Assembly: GCA_028534125.1 (NCBI GenBank)
Contig: CM052832.1
Location: 15,378,001 to 15,442,000 of the forward strand
DNA: 64,000 nucleotides
Direction of reading: 5' to 3'
Origin: Lama glama
Lineage: Eukaryota
Shown here: in pieces, positions 21,571 through 34,420 of the stretch
Layout of the letters: each line of letters begins with the position of its first letter
How positions within the stretch are numbered: the first letter of the stretch is position 1
Translations under genes and position numbers: made by a program
Notes under the pieces: model-generated
Databases searched by the model: none
What the model was told of the DNA's origin: nothing
The model's input: only the letters and a program-made list of their open reading frames with translations

Positions 21571-24500
21571 GGTCAGACATATGAGACGAGACACTTACAC
21601 ACACAGCCTGGAGAAATGACTTTTGCAAAATTTGGCCACAACCTGTCAAAGCAGGAACATGGGTATTTGCAACTTAGCCCAACACAGAGCCAAGCCAGTC
21701 CACCTAATGAAGCAAGAACACGATGTCACTGACACCAAATGCTGACTGGGTGGTGAGCATGGATGGAGTGTCAGGCTCAGGGCTTTGTCTCTGGGGAGGA
21801 GGGGGTGGAGGACAGTCACACAGCACTGACGGCCCTCACACTTCTTACAGTGTGTGTCTTCACTGGCCCAAAGTACAAAGATCTTGAAGGCAAGAATCAT
21901 TTCTAGTTCCAGCTCTGCAAATCCCGGAGACTTTGTAGCACTATGCTCCCTACATATTTTTTGTGTGAGCTTCTTGAAAACAGAGATAGTGCCATTTTTA
22001 TCTTTCTCCCCATAGTGTCTAGCATAGTTCCTGGCGCATAAAAGACACTTGGTAAATGCCTGAATGAGTGGATGAATAAAGGATTGGTTATCGCTCATGA
22101 AACAAATCATTTGAATATAGTTGCAGATGTAGCAGAACTAGATGGAGAGAAGTAGTGAAGAGCGAGAAGGGAATATTTTTGTGTCCTGAGTGGTGAAAAT
22201 TAATTTGAGAGCTCACTGTGTTGGGAGTGGTCTGCAGGAACTACAGAAGATAACCGGGTTCTTATCACCGAGGAGCTTAACCATTGGGCAGACACGTGAC
22301 TTACTCTAGTGAAATTTGGATGGTGAAGCCAGCCAGCAGAAAAGGCGACAGGCTAGATCCTTGGAGAGGCGAGAGTGTGACATTCACCTACTTGACTGTC
22401 AGTGTAAGAGAAGCCAGAAAAAGAGGGCAGAACTTTCTCTTTTGGAGTTGTCATCCTTTGTCATCACCTAGGGGATAGTTCTGAAGTGTAGAAGGCCCAC
22501 ACAGATATGAGTTATGGCTGCAGATGCAAGTCGTAGCTCGGTTGGTGGTTCCAGAGCTGCTGATGAATGCAGCCCTGGTAAAGTGAACAAGTGCATGATG
22601 GTGGCAGCAGGCACGTTAGTCAGGACCTCTGTCGTGGTACCTCATTCTGATGTCACCTGAGCACACACCTGGGCTTAGTACATCTTTGTGGTAATTTTTA
22701 GAAGGAACAGTCCCTTGCTGAAAGTGAGACAGCACTGTGAGTCACTCCCACTGACACCCTCGGATCATTTATAAAGACCTTGAGAAAGAAAGGTAGTTCT
22801 GGTAGACTCTTCGCTAAACTGGCAGCCAGCCGCAGGCATTCAACCCAGTCAGCTGATCAATGTGGAGCTTCCCCCTTGGTTATGCTAGTTGCCAGAAAGG
22901 CAGGACTGGAGGGGGAGGCAGCTCTTCTGCAGCTTTTTTGTTCCTGTAGAAGAGAGAAGCAGGCAGTCCTCTCGGCCTGCTGACTTCCTGCATCTGAACA
23001 ATAACACTGAACACAGGCGTGGCACGGTTGCATGCGTGATCTCATGTAGTTTAACTCTTATTGCAGCTGAGTGAGGTAGCCATGATGATTGCCATTTTAC
23101 AGACAAAGAAACAAAATCAGAAAAGTAAAACAACTTCTTTACGGTTCCTTGGGAGTTAAGTGGCAAGACAAGTGAGAAACAGACCCAGCTGTCCTGGCCC
23201 TGATCTACCATTGCCTCCTTTGCGCCTGATTGGTCCTCAGCTGCCATTCCTCCCAAGTTATTTCTTCTTGTTAGGCCTCTCGTTGCATGAACTTCAAGCC
23301 ACTCCCTTCCCCTGATTTTCTGTGCAAACCTTTTTGGACCATGGACGGCTCTGGCAAAAAGTTAAACTGTGTCTGCCCACCGGCTTTTCTTTGTCCCAGC
23401 CACTACCCCTGGAGTGCAGATGAAAAGAAAGATACTCCTCAGGTGGGGACATCAGCACAGAAAAGCCAGATCCACTAGAAAGCCAATTAATTGCTCAGTC
23501 TTAAAACCAGAGTACAAAAATAACTGCCTCCATTAGTTCCACCACAGAGTGCCCTCTGGAGAGTCTTACAGTCCACGCTAAACCCACCGAGAGGGAGGTG
23601 ATGGTGGGAAGCAGGAATGCACTGATTAACACCTCTCTTAACACCCTCTATCCTATTGTGCGGTTTTTTTAAAGTTAATGTTTATAGATCTTGCCCCCTT
23701 TCAGTTCAGTTTCCTTAAGAGAACATGCGCTCCCTGCCGCACCAAGAGCTTGATAAAAGAATCACAACACGGGGAAAGGTGGCAAACAACTGTAATTGTT
23801 GACTTAAGTACGGGGGACAGAGCAAGCCCTTCTAATGTGTTCATTAGGTGCACAAGCAGCTCCCTAAAAGATCTGTGGCTGCACAGCAGCACCCACTTGT
23901 CTAGCACAGGGCACAGCTCTGAGGAACACCCTGGGGATGCAGTCACCCAGGAAGGGGGTCACCCACCTGAGTTCTTGTATTAAATATCCAGGTTGAAATA
24001 ATGTCGGCCTTGTTTCAGAACAGTCACACTTTGCCTTGGGTTTGCAGTAATGCAAGTGATACTTTCAACTTCTCAGAGAAAAATTCAGAGGTTTTCTGTA
24101 ACTCCATTTTCTCAGTCATCCAGTCGAGGCCTGGTCTGCCGCCTGCCTCAGTGTGGCAGGAAGCTAGCTCCACAGCTGCCCGGCACGTGCTGGCAGTGGT
24201 GACACCGTCTCTGTTTCCCATCCCCAGATGTAGGCCTGCTGAAGTCAAGTTTTTGAGGAATGTCCTGAGGACAGATTATGCTATTTTTAGTTATAATATT
24301 GAGCCCACTGCCAAACCGTGGCTGTGAGGAGAATCATCTATTGAGAGGGAACACAGACGTCTCTATCTCTTTTTCTCTCCCAGTTCTGGATAGAGCTAGA
24401 GGGAGGTAACGTAATGTCTAGACCAAGGGATGGCAGTTTTCCGTGCACTTTTAAAGATGTCAGCGCTCCTCCTTAGGGATATATAATCAGCCACTTCCAG

Positions 24501-24663
24501 TGGGTCACCACTTAGAGATCTTTGGGTCTGCCTGTTGCCTCCTAGACAAGCCAAGCTTTGTGAGGCCTTCACTATTTTCCGGTCCAGCCTGTGTTCCTCC
24601 TCTCACCACACCTAGCATGTGCCGCAGTCTCAGTGCCTCTCAAATTGGCCGTAATATAAGGGG

Positions 24664-27600
24664 TTCTTTTTCTTCTTTTTAATTGAGGTATACTTGATTT
24701 ACAGTGTTGTGTTAGTTTCAGGTGTACAGCAGAGTGATTCAGTTTTATATATATATATTCTTTTTCAGATTATTTTCTGTAATAGGTTATTAAAAGATAC
24801 TGAGTATAGTTCCCTGGCTATACAGTGTGGGTCTTTGTTTATCTATCTTACATATAGTCATATGTATCTGTTAATCTCAAACTCCTAATTTATCTCTCCC
24901 CCACCTTCCCCTTTGGTAACTGTAAGATTATTTTCTATGTCTGTGAGTCTGTTTCTGTTTTGTAAGTTCATTTGTATCATTTTTTTAGATTCCACAAGTA
25001 AGTGATATATGATATTTGTCTCTGTCTGATTTCATTCAGTATGATAATCTCTAGTTCCATCCATGTTACTGCAAATGGCATTGTTTCATTCTTTTTTATG
25101 GCTGAGTAATATCTTCTTTATTCATTCATCTGTTGATGGACACTTAGGTTGCTTTCCTGTCTTGGCTATTGTAAATAGTGCTGCTATGAACACTGGGGTG
25201 TGTGTATCTTTTCAAATTAGACTTTTCATCTTTTCCAGATATATGCCCAGGAGTGGGATTGCTGGATCATATGGTAGCTCTATTTTTAGTTTTTTAAAGA
25301 ACCACCATACTATTCTTCATAGTGGCTGCACCAATTTACATTCTCACCAACAGTGTAGGAGGGTTCCCTTTTCTCCACACCCTCTCCAGCATTTATTATT
25401 TATAGACTTTTAGATGATGACCATTCTGACCAGTATGTGATACCTCAATGTAGTTTTGATTTGCATTTCTCCAATAACTAGTGATGTTGAGTATCTTTTC
25501 ATGTGCCTCTTGGCCATCTGTATGTCGTCTGTGGAGAAATGTCTGTTTAGGCCTTCTGCCCATGTTTTGATTGGATTGTTTGTTTTTGGTATTGAGTTGC
25601 ATGAGCAGTTTGTATATTTTGGATACTAAGCCCTTGTTGGTCGCATAATTTGTGAATATTTTCTTCCAGTCCGTAGGTTGTGTTTTCATTTTATTTATGG
25701 TTTCTTTTGCTGTGCAAAAAGCTTATAAGTTTGATTAGGTCCTGTTTGTTTATTTTTGCTTTTATATCTTTTGCCTTGGGAGACTGACCTCAGAAAACAT
25801 TGCTGTGATTTATGTCGGAGAGTGTTTTGCCTATGTTCTCTTCTAGCAGTTTTATGGTATCATGTCTTATATTTAAGTCTTTAAGCCATTTTGAGTTTAT
25901 TTTTGTGTAAGGTGTGAGGGAGTATTCTAACTTCATTGATTTACATGTGGCTGTACAGCTTTCCCAACACCACTTGCTGAAGACTGTCTTTTCTCCATTG
26001 TGTATTCTTGCTTCCTTTGTCAAAGATTAATTGACCCTAGGTGTGTGTTTTTATTTCTGGGCTCTCTGTGCTGTTCCATTGATCCATATGTCTGTTTTTG
26101 TGCCATTACCATACACATAGTGTTGTCTGAAGTCTGGGAGGATTATGCCTCCAGCTTTGTTCTTTTTCCTCAGGATTGCTTTAACAATTCAAGGTCTTTT
26201 GTGGTTCTATGTAAATTTTAGGATTATGTGTTCTAGTTCTATGAAAAATGTCATGGGTAACTTGATAGGGATTGCATTAAGTCTGTAGATTGCTTTGGGT
26301 AGTATGGCCATTTTAACAGTATTAATTCTTCCAGTCCAGTAGCATAGGCTGTCTTTCCATTTCTATGAATCATCTTCAGTTTCCTTTAACAGTGTTTTGT
26401 AGTTCTCAGCATAAAAGTCTTTCACCTCCTTTATCAGGTTTATTCCTAGTTTTTTTTTTTTTCAGATGTGATTTTAAAGAGGATTTTTTTTTTACTTCTT
26501 TCTGATATTTCATTGCTAGTGTAAAGAAATGCAACAGATTTCTGTATGTTAATCTTATATCCTGCTATCTTGCTAGGTATTTTGTTTATCAGTTCTAATA
26601 GTTTTTATGTGGAGTCTCTAGGATATTCTATATAATGTGTCATCTCGTCTGCATATAATGACAGTTTTACCTCTTCCCTTCCAATTTGGATATCTTTTAT
26701 TTATTTTTCTTATCTGATTGCTGTGGCTAGACTTCCAATACTATCTTGAATAGAAGTAGTGAGAGTGGGCATCCTTGTCTTGTTCCATGTTTTAGTGGGA
26801 AGGCATTCAGCCTTTCACTGTTGAGTATTATGTTGGCTGTGGGTTTGTCATAAATAGCTTTTATTATGTTGTTATGTGTTCCCTGATATATCCACTTTAG
26901 TAAGAGTTGTTACCATGAACAGATGTTGAATTTTATCAAATGCTTTTTCTGCATCTCTTGAGATGACTGTGTAGTTTTTATCTTTTGTTGATGTGGCATA
27001 TTATAGTGATTGTTTTGTGTATGTTGAACCTACCTGGTGACCCCGGGGGTGAATCCAACCTGATCATGGTGTATGATCCTTTTTATATGTTGTTGGATTT
27101 GGTTTGTTAATATTTTGTTTTGTTGAGGATTTTTTTCATCTATATTCATCAAAGATATTGGCTGTAATTTTCTTTTTTTGGTAGTGTCTTTGTCTGGTTT
27201 TAGTATCAGAGTGCTAGTGGCTTCATAGAATGATTTTGAGAGTTTTCCCTCTTCAGTCTTTTGGAAGAGTTTGAGAAGAATCAGTGTAAGTTCTTTATAT
27301 GTTTGGTGGAATTCCCTAGTGAAGCCATCTAGTCCTGGACTTCTGTTTGCAGAGACTTTTCTTTTTTAATTATAGATTCTATTTCATGTCTAGTGATCAG
27401 TCTGTTCAAATTATCTATTTCTTCTTGATTCAGTTTTGGTGGGCTGTATGCTTCTGGAAACTTGTCCATTTCCTCTAGGTTGTCCAATTTGTTGGCATAA
27501 AATTGTTTGTAGTGGTCTCTTATGGCTTTTTGTATTTCTTCATTTTGGTTGTTATTTCTCCTCTTTCATTTTTTATTTTGTTTGTTTTGGTCCTCTGTTG

Positions 27601-30600
27601 GTGAGCCTGGCCAGAGGTTTGTTGATTTTGTTTATGCTTTCAAAAAAACCCAGCTCTTGGTTTTATTGACTTTTCTATTGTTTTTTTCATCTCTATTTTA
27701 CTTATTTCCTCTCTGATCTTTATTATTTCTTTCTTTCTGCTAACTTTAGGTTTTGTTTGTTCTTTTTTCTAATTCTTTTAGGTGGTAGAATACGTTGTTT
27801 ATTTGAGATTCTTCTTGCTTTTTGAGGAAGGCTTGTATCATTACGAACTTCCCTCTTGGGAATGCTTTTGCTGCATCCCATAGATTTTGTATGGTTGTGT
27901 TTTCATTGTCCTTTGTCTCAAGGTATTTTATTTTATTTTATTTTATTTTTGATCTTGTTGACCAGTTGGTCTTTTAGTAGCATGTTGTTTAGCTTCCATT
28001 TATCATTTTTTTTCTCATTACTTTTTCTGTAGTCAATTTCTAGTCTCATGCCAATGTGGTCAGAAAAGATGTTTGAAATAATTTCTATCCTCTTAAATTT
28101 GTTGAACCTTGTTTTGTGTCCCAGTGTGTGGTCTCTCCTGGAGAATGTTCCACACGTGCTTGAGAAGAATGCATATTCTGGAGTTTTTGGCTGTAGTGTC
28201 CTGAAAATATCGATTGAATCTAACTATTTTATTGTGTCATTTAGGATCTCTGTTGCTGTATTGATTTTCTGTCTGAAAGATCTGCCCATTAATGTCAGTG
28301 GAGTGTTACAGTCTCCTACTATTATTGTAATCCTGTTGATTTCTCCCTTTATGTCAGTTAGTATTTATGTATTTAGGTGCTCCTGTATTGGGTGCATATA
28401 TGTTAATGAGTCTAATATCTTTTTCTTTTATTGATCCTTTTATCATTATATAGTGTCCTTCTTTATCTTTTTTTATGGCCCTTGTTTTAAAGTCTGTTTT
28501 GTCCGATATGAGTATTGCTACCCATGCTTTCTTGTCATTTCCATTTGCATGAAATGTTTCCATCCCCTCACTTTCAATCTATGTGTGTTCTTTGCCCTAA
28601 AGCATGTCTCTTATAAGCAGCATATTGTGGACTCTTGTTTTAATACCCAGTCTGCCACTCTGTGTCTTTGATTGGTCCATTGACATTTAGGGTAATTATT
28701 GATAGATGTGTGTTTTTTGCCATTTTAAAACTTGTTTTCCAGTTGATTTTTTTTTCTTCTTTGTTCCTTTTTGTTTTTGTTTTTGTTTTTGTTTTTGTTT
28801 TTGTTTTTGTGGTGTGATGGTTTTCTTTTCTATTATGCTTGCATTCTCTTCTTTTTGGTTTTTGTGAATCTGTTGTATGTTTTCGATTTGTGGTTTTCAG
28901 GTATACTATATCTACTTGCTTTAGACTGTTAGTCATATAAGCTCAAACATATTCTAAAAAATCTACTTTTCTTACTCCCCTCCTCCACATTTTATGATTT
29001 TGATGTCTTATTTTACATCTTCATGTTTATCCTTTTGTTGTTCATTGTAGTTATAAATGCTTTCACAATTTTTTTTTAAGAAAAATCTATATTCTGGCTT
29101 ATTTAAATGATCTACAGTCCTTTTATATATTTGCTTTTCCTATTGTGATCTTCCCTTTCCTATACATTCTTGCTTCTTTTCTAGTTACACAAGACCTTTC
29201 AATATTTCTTTTAAGATAGTTTTAGTATTGCCATATTCTTTTAGTTTTTGCTTATCTGAGAAATTCTTTGTCTCTTTTTCTATTTTAAATGATAATCTTG
29301 CTAGGTAGCACATTCAAGTTTGTAGGTTTTTCCCTTTTAGGACTTTGAATATATCTTGCCACTCCCTTCTGGCCTTTTAAAGTTTCTGTAGAGAAATCAG
29401 CTGATAACCTTATGGGGGTTCCCTTGTAACTAACTCTGTTTTTCTCTTACTGCCTTTAGAATCCTCTCTTTATCTTTACTTTTTGCCATTTTAGTTATAC
29501 GTCTCGGTGTAGGTGTGTTTGGCTTCATCTTGTTTGGGACCCTCGGTGCTCCCTGTACTTGGGATGTCTCTTTCCTTCTTTAGGTTTGGGAAGCTTTCAG
29601 CTATAATTTCTTCAGATACATTTTCAATCCTCTTTTCTCTTTCTTTTCCTTCTGGGATCCTTATTTTGCATAGATTGGCACACTTTATATTATCCCACAA
29701 GTTTTGTATGTTGCTTTCATTTTTTTTTTTTTTTGATTTGTCTTTCTGTCTGCTGTTCTGATTGGGTGATTTCCATTAGTCCATCTTCCAGATCACTTAT
29801 TTGTTCTTTTGCTTTATTTAGTATGCTATTTATTGCCGTTAGCTTGGTTTTCATCTTGGCAATTGAGTTGTCTAATTTTGATTGGCTCTTTGTTTCTAGT
29901 TCCTTGTTACGGTGATTTGCATTTCTTTCCATAGCCTTTCTTAATTCCTTCAGCATTATTATTACTTCCTCTTTGAACTCAGGGTCTGGTAGACTAGAGA
30001 GGTCTATTTCATTGTTTGTTCTTTCAGGGGATTTCTCTTATTCTTTTAATTGGGAGTAGTTCCTCTGGCTTCTTCATTTTACTTATATTACTCTGACTGT
30101 GAATTTAGGGGAAACAGTTTTCTGCTGTGCTGTTGAAGGGCTGTTTTTATGTGGGAGCGCCTGTGTGTAGCCTGCATGAGTCTGATGTTTTTGGTGCGAG
30201 GGCTGTTTTTGGTATGGGTGCCTGCCATGTCTTTCCTCAGAGTGTGATGGCCGTTATCCCCTTGATAGAGGTGTGACTGGTGATGTGGTGACTAGAGCCT
30301 GCAGTGAATGTTGGGCAGGGCCTCCTCTTTGCTCTGTTGTTACGGTCCTATCAGGGGCAGGGTCTGCTCCCCATTTGTTGGAGCAGAAGCCCCCAGATCT
30401 GGTTCTAAGCTGTGGTGTGAGGTAGGCAGGATTGAAGCACTCCTTCTGGGAGAGGAGCCGCTGTATATTTTTCCCCAGGAGCTGTCCACTTGGGTTTGTG
30501 CTCTGTGATGTCCCCTGTCACCTGGTGTGCGTGCTCACAGAATACACTGTTGTTGCCACTGTCCTTAGCCCTGCCTCTGCTGTGGGAATATTGGTAATTG

Positions 30601-31480
30601 GCTCAGATCTCAGCTCTCCTTCTGTGTGTGTGCACCCACAAAGCCTGTTGCTGCTGGCGCCAGACCACCTCAGCTAGGGGAGCGGCAGTAATCAGCTTGG
30701 ATGATCCCCAGATGCTGCCGCTGGCATAAATTCACTGAAGTCGTGCACCTACCAGGAATCAGCTCAGATTTCAGCCCCACCTCCAGGTGTGGGTAACCCA
30801 CTGGGCTTATGTGCTCCCAGAGCTCATAGTGGTGGAGCCGCACCCACTGTGAGCACTCCGAGAATGAGGCTGCTCTGGCAGGGCCCCACACCTCCTTTCA
30901 CGTGCATGTTGACAGCGTGATTTCTATGGCAGACCTGGGCTCTGTCCTGCACACACCTCCAGTTGCGGCCTAGACCACACTCCAGGCCCTTCGGGCTGTC
31001 TCTGCACAGCCAAGCCGAGTCCTCTCACCGGGAAGGGAAGCCCAAATTTCAGCACCCAGCCACTGCACACACCAGCAGGCACACATCTTGGGCTGGGAAG
31101 TGCTGCAAAGTGGCCAGGACCATCTGTTTGGCCTCTCTCTGTCCTGCCTGCCACAAGCCAACTGTTGCACTCTCCTCTGTGCCTCTGAAGCTCCCTATTC
31201 GTCCCAGCAGACCTCCCTGTCAGTGAAGGGGGTTCCCAGGATAAGGGATCGTTTCCCCTTTCACAGCTCCCTCCCAGGGACGCAAATCCTGTCTGGATTC
31301 TCTTTTTCCTTTCGTCCTACCCAGTTATGAGGCAATCTTCCTTGCAAGCTTTGGTTGCATGAGATCTTCTGCCAGCGTTCAGTGGGTATTCTGGAAAATT
31401 GTTCCACATGTAGATGTGTTTTTGATGTATTTGTGGGAGGAGGGGAGCTCCACATCATTCTATCCCACCATCATGATCAC
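24664..31480 (-). mobile_element. Full-length but inactivated L1 (about 6.8 kb), antisense in UQCC2 intron 1
   Basis: T-rich tail at 24664-24680 then 3'UTR; ORF2 remnants (endonuclease FHANGNDKKAWVAILISDKTDFK in 28354-28563; KWCWE...[16 protein letters not shown] in 25790-26023); ORF1 remnants (WDNIKCANLCKIRIPEG in 29491-29700; coiled coil in 29717-29956); GC-rich 5'UTR ending in an artiodactyl-type L1 start; many stops and frameshifts. Confidence 0.93.
28768..28810. repeat. (TTTTTG)n repeat inside the L1
   Basis: About seven tandem TTTTTG units. Confidence 0.9.
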
Positions 31481-34184
31481 CCCACAGTGGTCCTTCTCCT
31501 TTGAGAATCTAGTGGACCAAAGCCCAAACACAGAGCTTGTCAAGAATCTGGTGTCTTCCCAGGCCTCGCCAGGCCTCGAAGCACTCCTTGACACTGCTTA
31601 AGACCCTGCCTGCCTGGACCGTTGTTGTCCCCTGCCTTTTCATGCCTCTGCTTCCCAGTCCCTCCTTTGATCCCCATTCCAGCCAGGTCCAGCTCTGAAG
31701 TCTACACTCCTCAAAGTGAGAGACTCTGGCTCCCTTTCAGTCTGTGAACTGTCACTGCCTTCTGTCACTGTCAAGACCCCTGCCACACCTGCCTTGTTAG
31801 CCAGGCCTGGTAACCAGCCCCTGCCTCTGATCTCTTATAACTCTGGCACTCAGTTACACTCTCTCTCGGCCAATTTTTATTTTTAATGTGTGTGTATCTT
31901 GTCTCAGCTTGATTACCAACTTCTCTGGGGCTGAGGCTGAGTCTTTGTCACCTCATAGCCACCTAGCAGAGCACTCTACATAGTAGGTGCTCAAGAAATA
32001 GATTTTCAATTGAATTCAAGGGAACAGATTCCCATAATGGAATGAACTCATTTCAGAAGTTCATTACCAAGTCATGAAAACCTTTTTTCATAGATCCGCC
32101 TGGACTGAATCCAGCTCTACCTTAATTAGCAAAGCAATTTGCTACACCCTTTCCCAAAAGTGCTTATATGTCCCTTTGTGTGACTAGAATAGGGGCCGCT
32201 GTACCAATTGCTATCACCACCCAAAATTCAATTTTGAAAATCGAAATCATTGCCTGCGGCAGTGATGTAGATTTGTACGTATAAAAGTTTAATATGGTAA
32301 AGAGAAATTTACTGACGACTGAGCAGGGGAAATGCAAAAGTAGCAAAAATAGAGCCATAAAGGACACTTTGTCAGTTGAACATCTATTTTATTCACATTT
32401 AGGGAACAGAACTGAATTTTTCATAATATCCCAGTGCCTTTTTCAAACCCAGTGTTGCTATTAGTCCTAAAATGTCTGTAATCTCATTAGGTATGAATGC
32501 AAAATCAGGTAATTTAAAGCTTGTGTATAAGAATATTTCTGAAAGTGCACAGTATACTTCATCAGGAAAACTGTATATTCCAAAATTCAGGAATGTTTGT
32601 GCCAGTGTCTGTGAATAAAGTGTGGGATGTAGGTGTGTGGTGAGGCTTCTGGAATTAGACGAGTGTTTCTACCGATGTATTGTTAAGTAGTAAATACAAC
32701 TATTTTCTAATTGCTGAGCTTGGGTTGGGTGTGACTAGGAACCCAGAATCGGCCAATGGCTCCTCTCCTTAGGCAGTAATAACTTGGCTAGAAGTTGGCA
32801 TAGCTCAGACTCCTCACCGCCACTGAGCTACTTGTACAGCCTCATATAGACACCTTCTGAGCTCAAATGGCAGATTGGGTGACAAATTCATTTTTTGGTG
32901 ATTGGTTATTTATAGGTGCTTAGGTATTTGATTCCTTCTCGGATTATTAATTGAGCTCCAGGCATTATGTGAAGTATCTGGGAGACTGTCTCTTTAATAC
33001 TGATGACTTTGGAGAGTTTGAGGAAGCCCACAGGGTCACTTTGGTTTTTGAGCAATGCTCTGTCAGGTGACCCCATCCTCTCTCTCTTTCCCTCTCCCTG
33101 CCCTGCGGCTCTGTCAGAGGTGGAAAGAGCTGGGAAGAAAGAGAAGACCCTGCCCACCCCTGCCCCGAGGGCACATTAGGAGGTGGTGAGCAGGCTGTCT
33201 CCAGAACTCTCACCATTAGACTTGGAGGAGAAGCTGGAGAGGAACTCAGGACTTCTGAGGGTGAGGATCTGGTTGGAATGCGGGTCTTGGTGGTCGCAGT
33301 GCAGAAGCCCAGGAGAGAGGCTCAGAGGAGTCAGTAGTGTGAATGCCTTTTTTGATGAAGAGCTTGGTTAGGAAGGTGGTCAGTGGTGGTGGGAGGGGAA
33401 GGTTGGGAGGAGCAGCCATCATGTGGAGGACAGGTGCAGCAAACGGCCGCTCACTTGACAGAGACCAAGGTGGGTGTGCGATCCCCGCACAGCTCCATGG
33501 AATGCTTGGGACCTCTGGGAGCCATCGGGGTGCGAGCCAGAGGTCTGGTCAGGTATGGAGTGATGCTTCAGCGATTTTCTGTCCCTTCATCACTCCTGCC
33601 TCCAGCCAGCCCTGGCAGTCACACCAGCAGTGCTGATACCCTGTCCTAACTGCCACTCCCTGTACGGGTACGTAAGCCGGTCCTGTGCCTGGAGAGCCCC
33701 CCTTCCTTCTGGCGACTTGCACCCATCCTCACCACAACTCTCAGCAGGAATTTCCTGGCTCCCCTGGCAGCATCAGGGGCCCTCCACGCACCCCTCATTC
33801 CACTATCATGAGGATCGTCCCTGAAGTCTTTGGTCTCTTTCCCCTGTAGTTTGTGTGGTAAAGGCCTCTGTTTACTATACCGTTTACTACTACTAATAGT
33901 AACCAAACTAATCCCTCACATTTGTCAGTGTTCCAGGCCCCAAATTTAGAGCAGTCCAGGCATTATCTCATTTATCCTCACATCGCCTTCAGAAATAGGG
34001 ACTATTATTATCTTTTAAAAGACAGGTTAAGTTGGCCAGTAGGCTTCAAAAAAAAGCACTTTTCAGTGCTTGAAAGACAAAGGCCGAGGAAGGTCCCGCT
34101 GCACGGAGAAAGAAGCGTGCAGGGTAGTGCAGGAGGGGATTCTGGACCTAAAGGACTTTTTTTTTTTCCCTTGTAAAGATTCTT

Positions 34185-34420
34185 ACTGAGACAATTGACA
34201 GTTGGAATATGGACAAAGGACTAGTTAAAAGTGTTGTATCAAGTGTTGTTAAACGTCCTGATTTTGGTCATCAAACTGTGGTTATATAAGAGAAAGTCCT
34301 TGTTCTTGGAAACATACTGAAATATTATGGAGTGATGGGCATTGTGCCCCAACTTACTCTCAAATGGATCAGAAGAAAAATCTATATATATATAGATACA
34401 GAGAATGAGGGAATGATTAA
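34185..34420 (+). mobile_element. Old L1 (L1ME/L1MC-like) 3' fragment
   Basis: ACTGTGGTTATATAAGAGAAAGTCCTTGTTCTT...AACTTACTCTCAAATGG typical of old L1M 3' ends. Confidence 0.6.

Noticed and set aside
22560..22661. C/D-box snoRNA-like TGATGA...CTGA arrangement
   Set aside because: Only about 3 bp of terminal stem, imperfect C box and no recognisable rRNA guide
25063..29956. Active L1 ORF1/ORF2
   Set aside because: Both are broken into short pieces by stops and frameshifts
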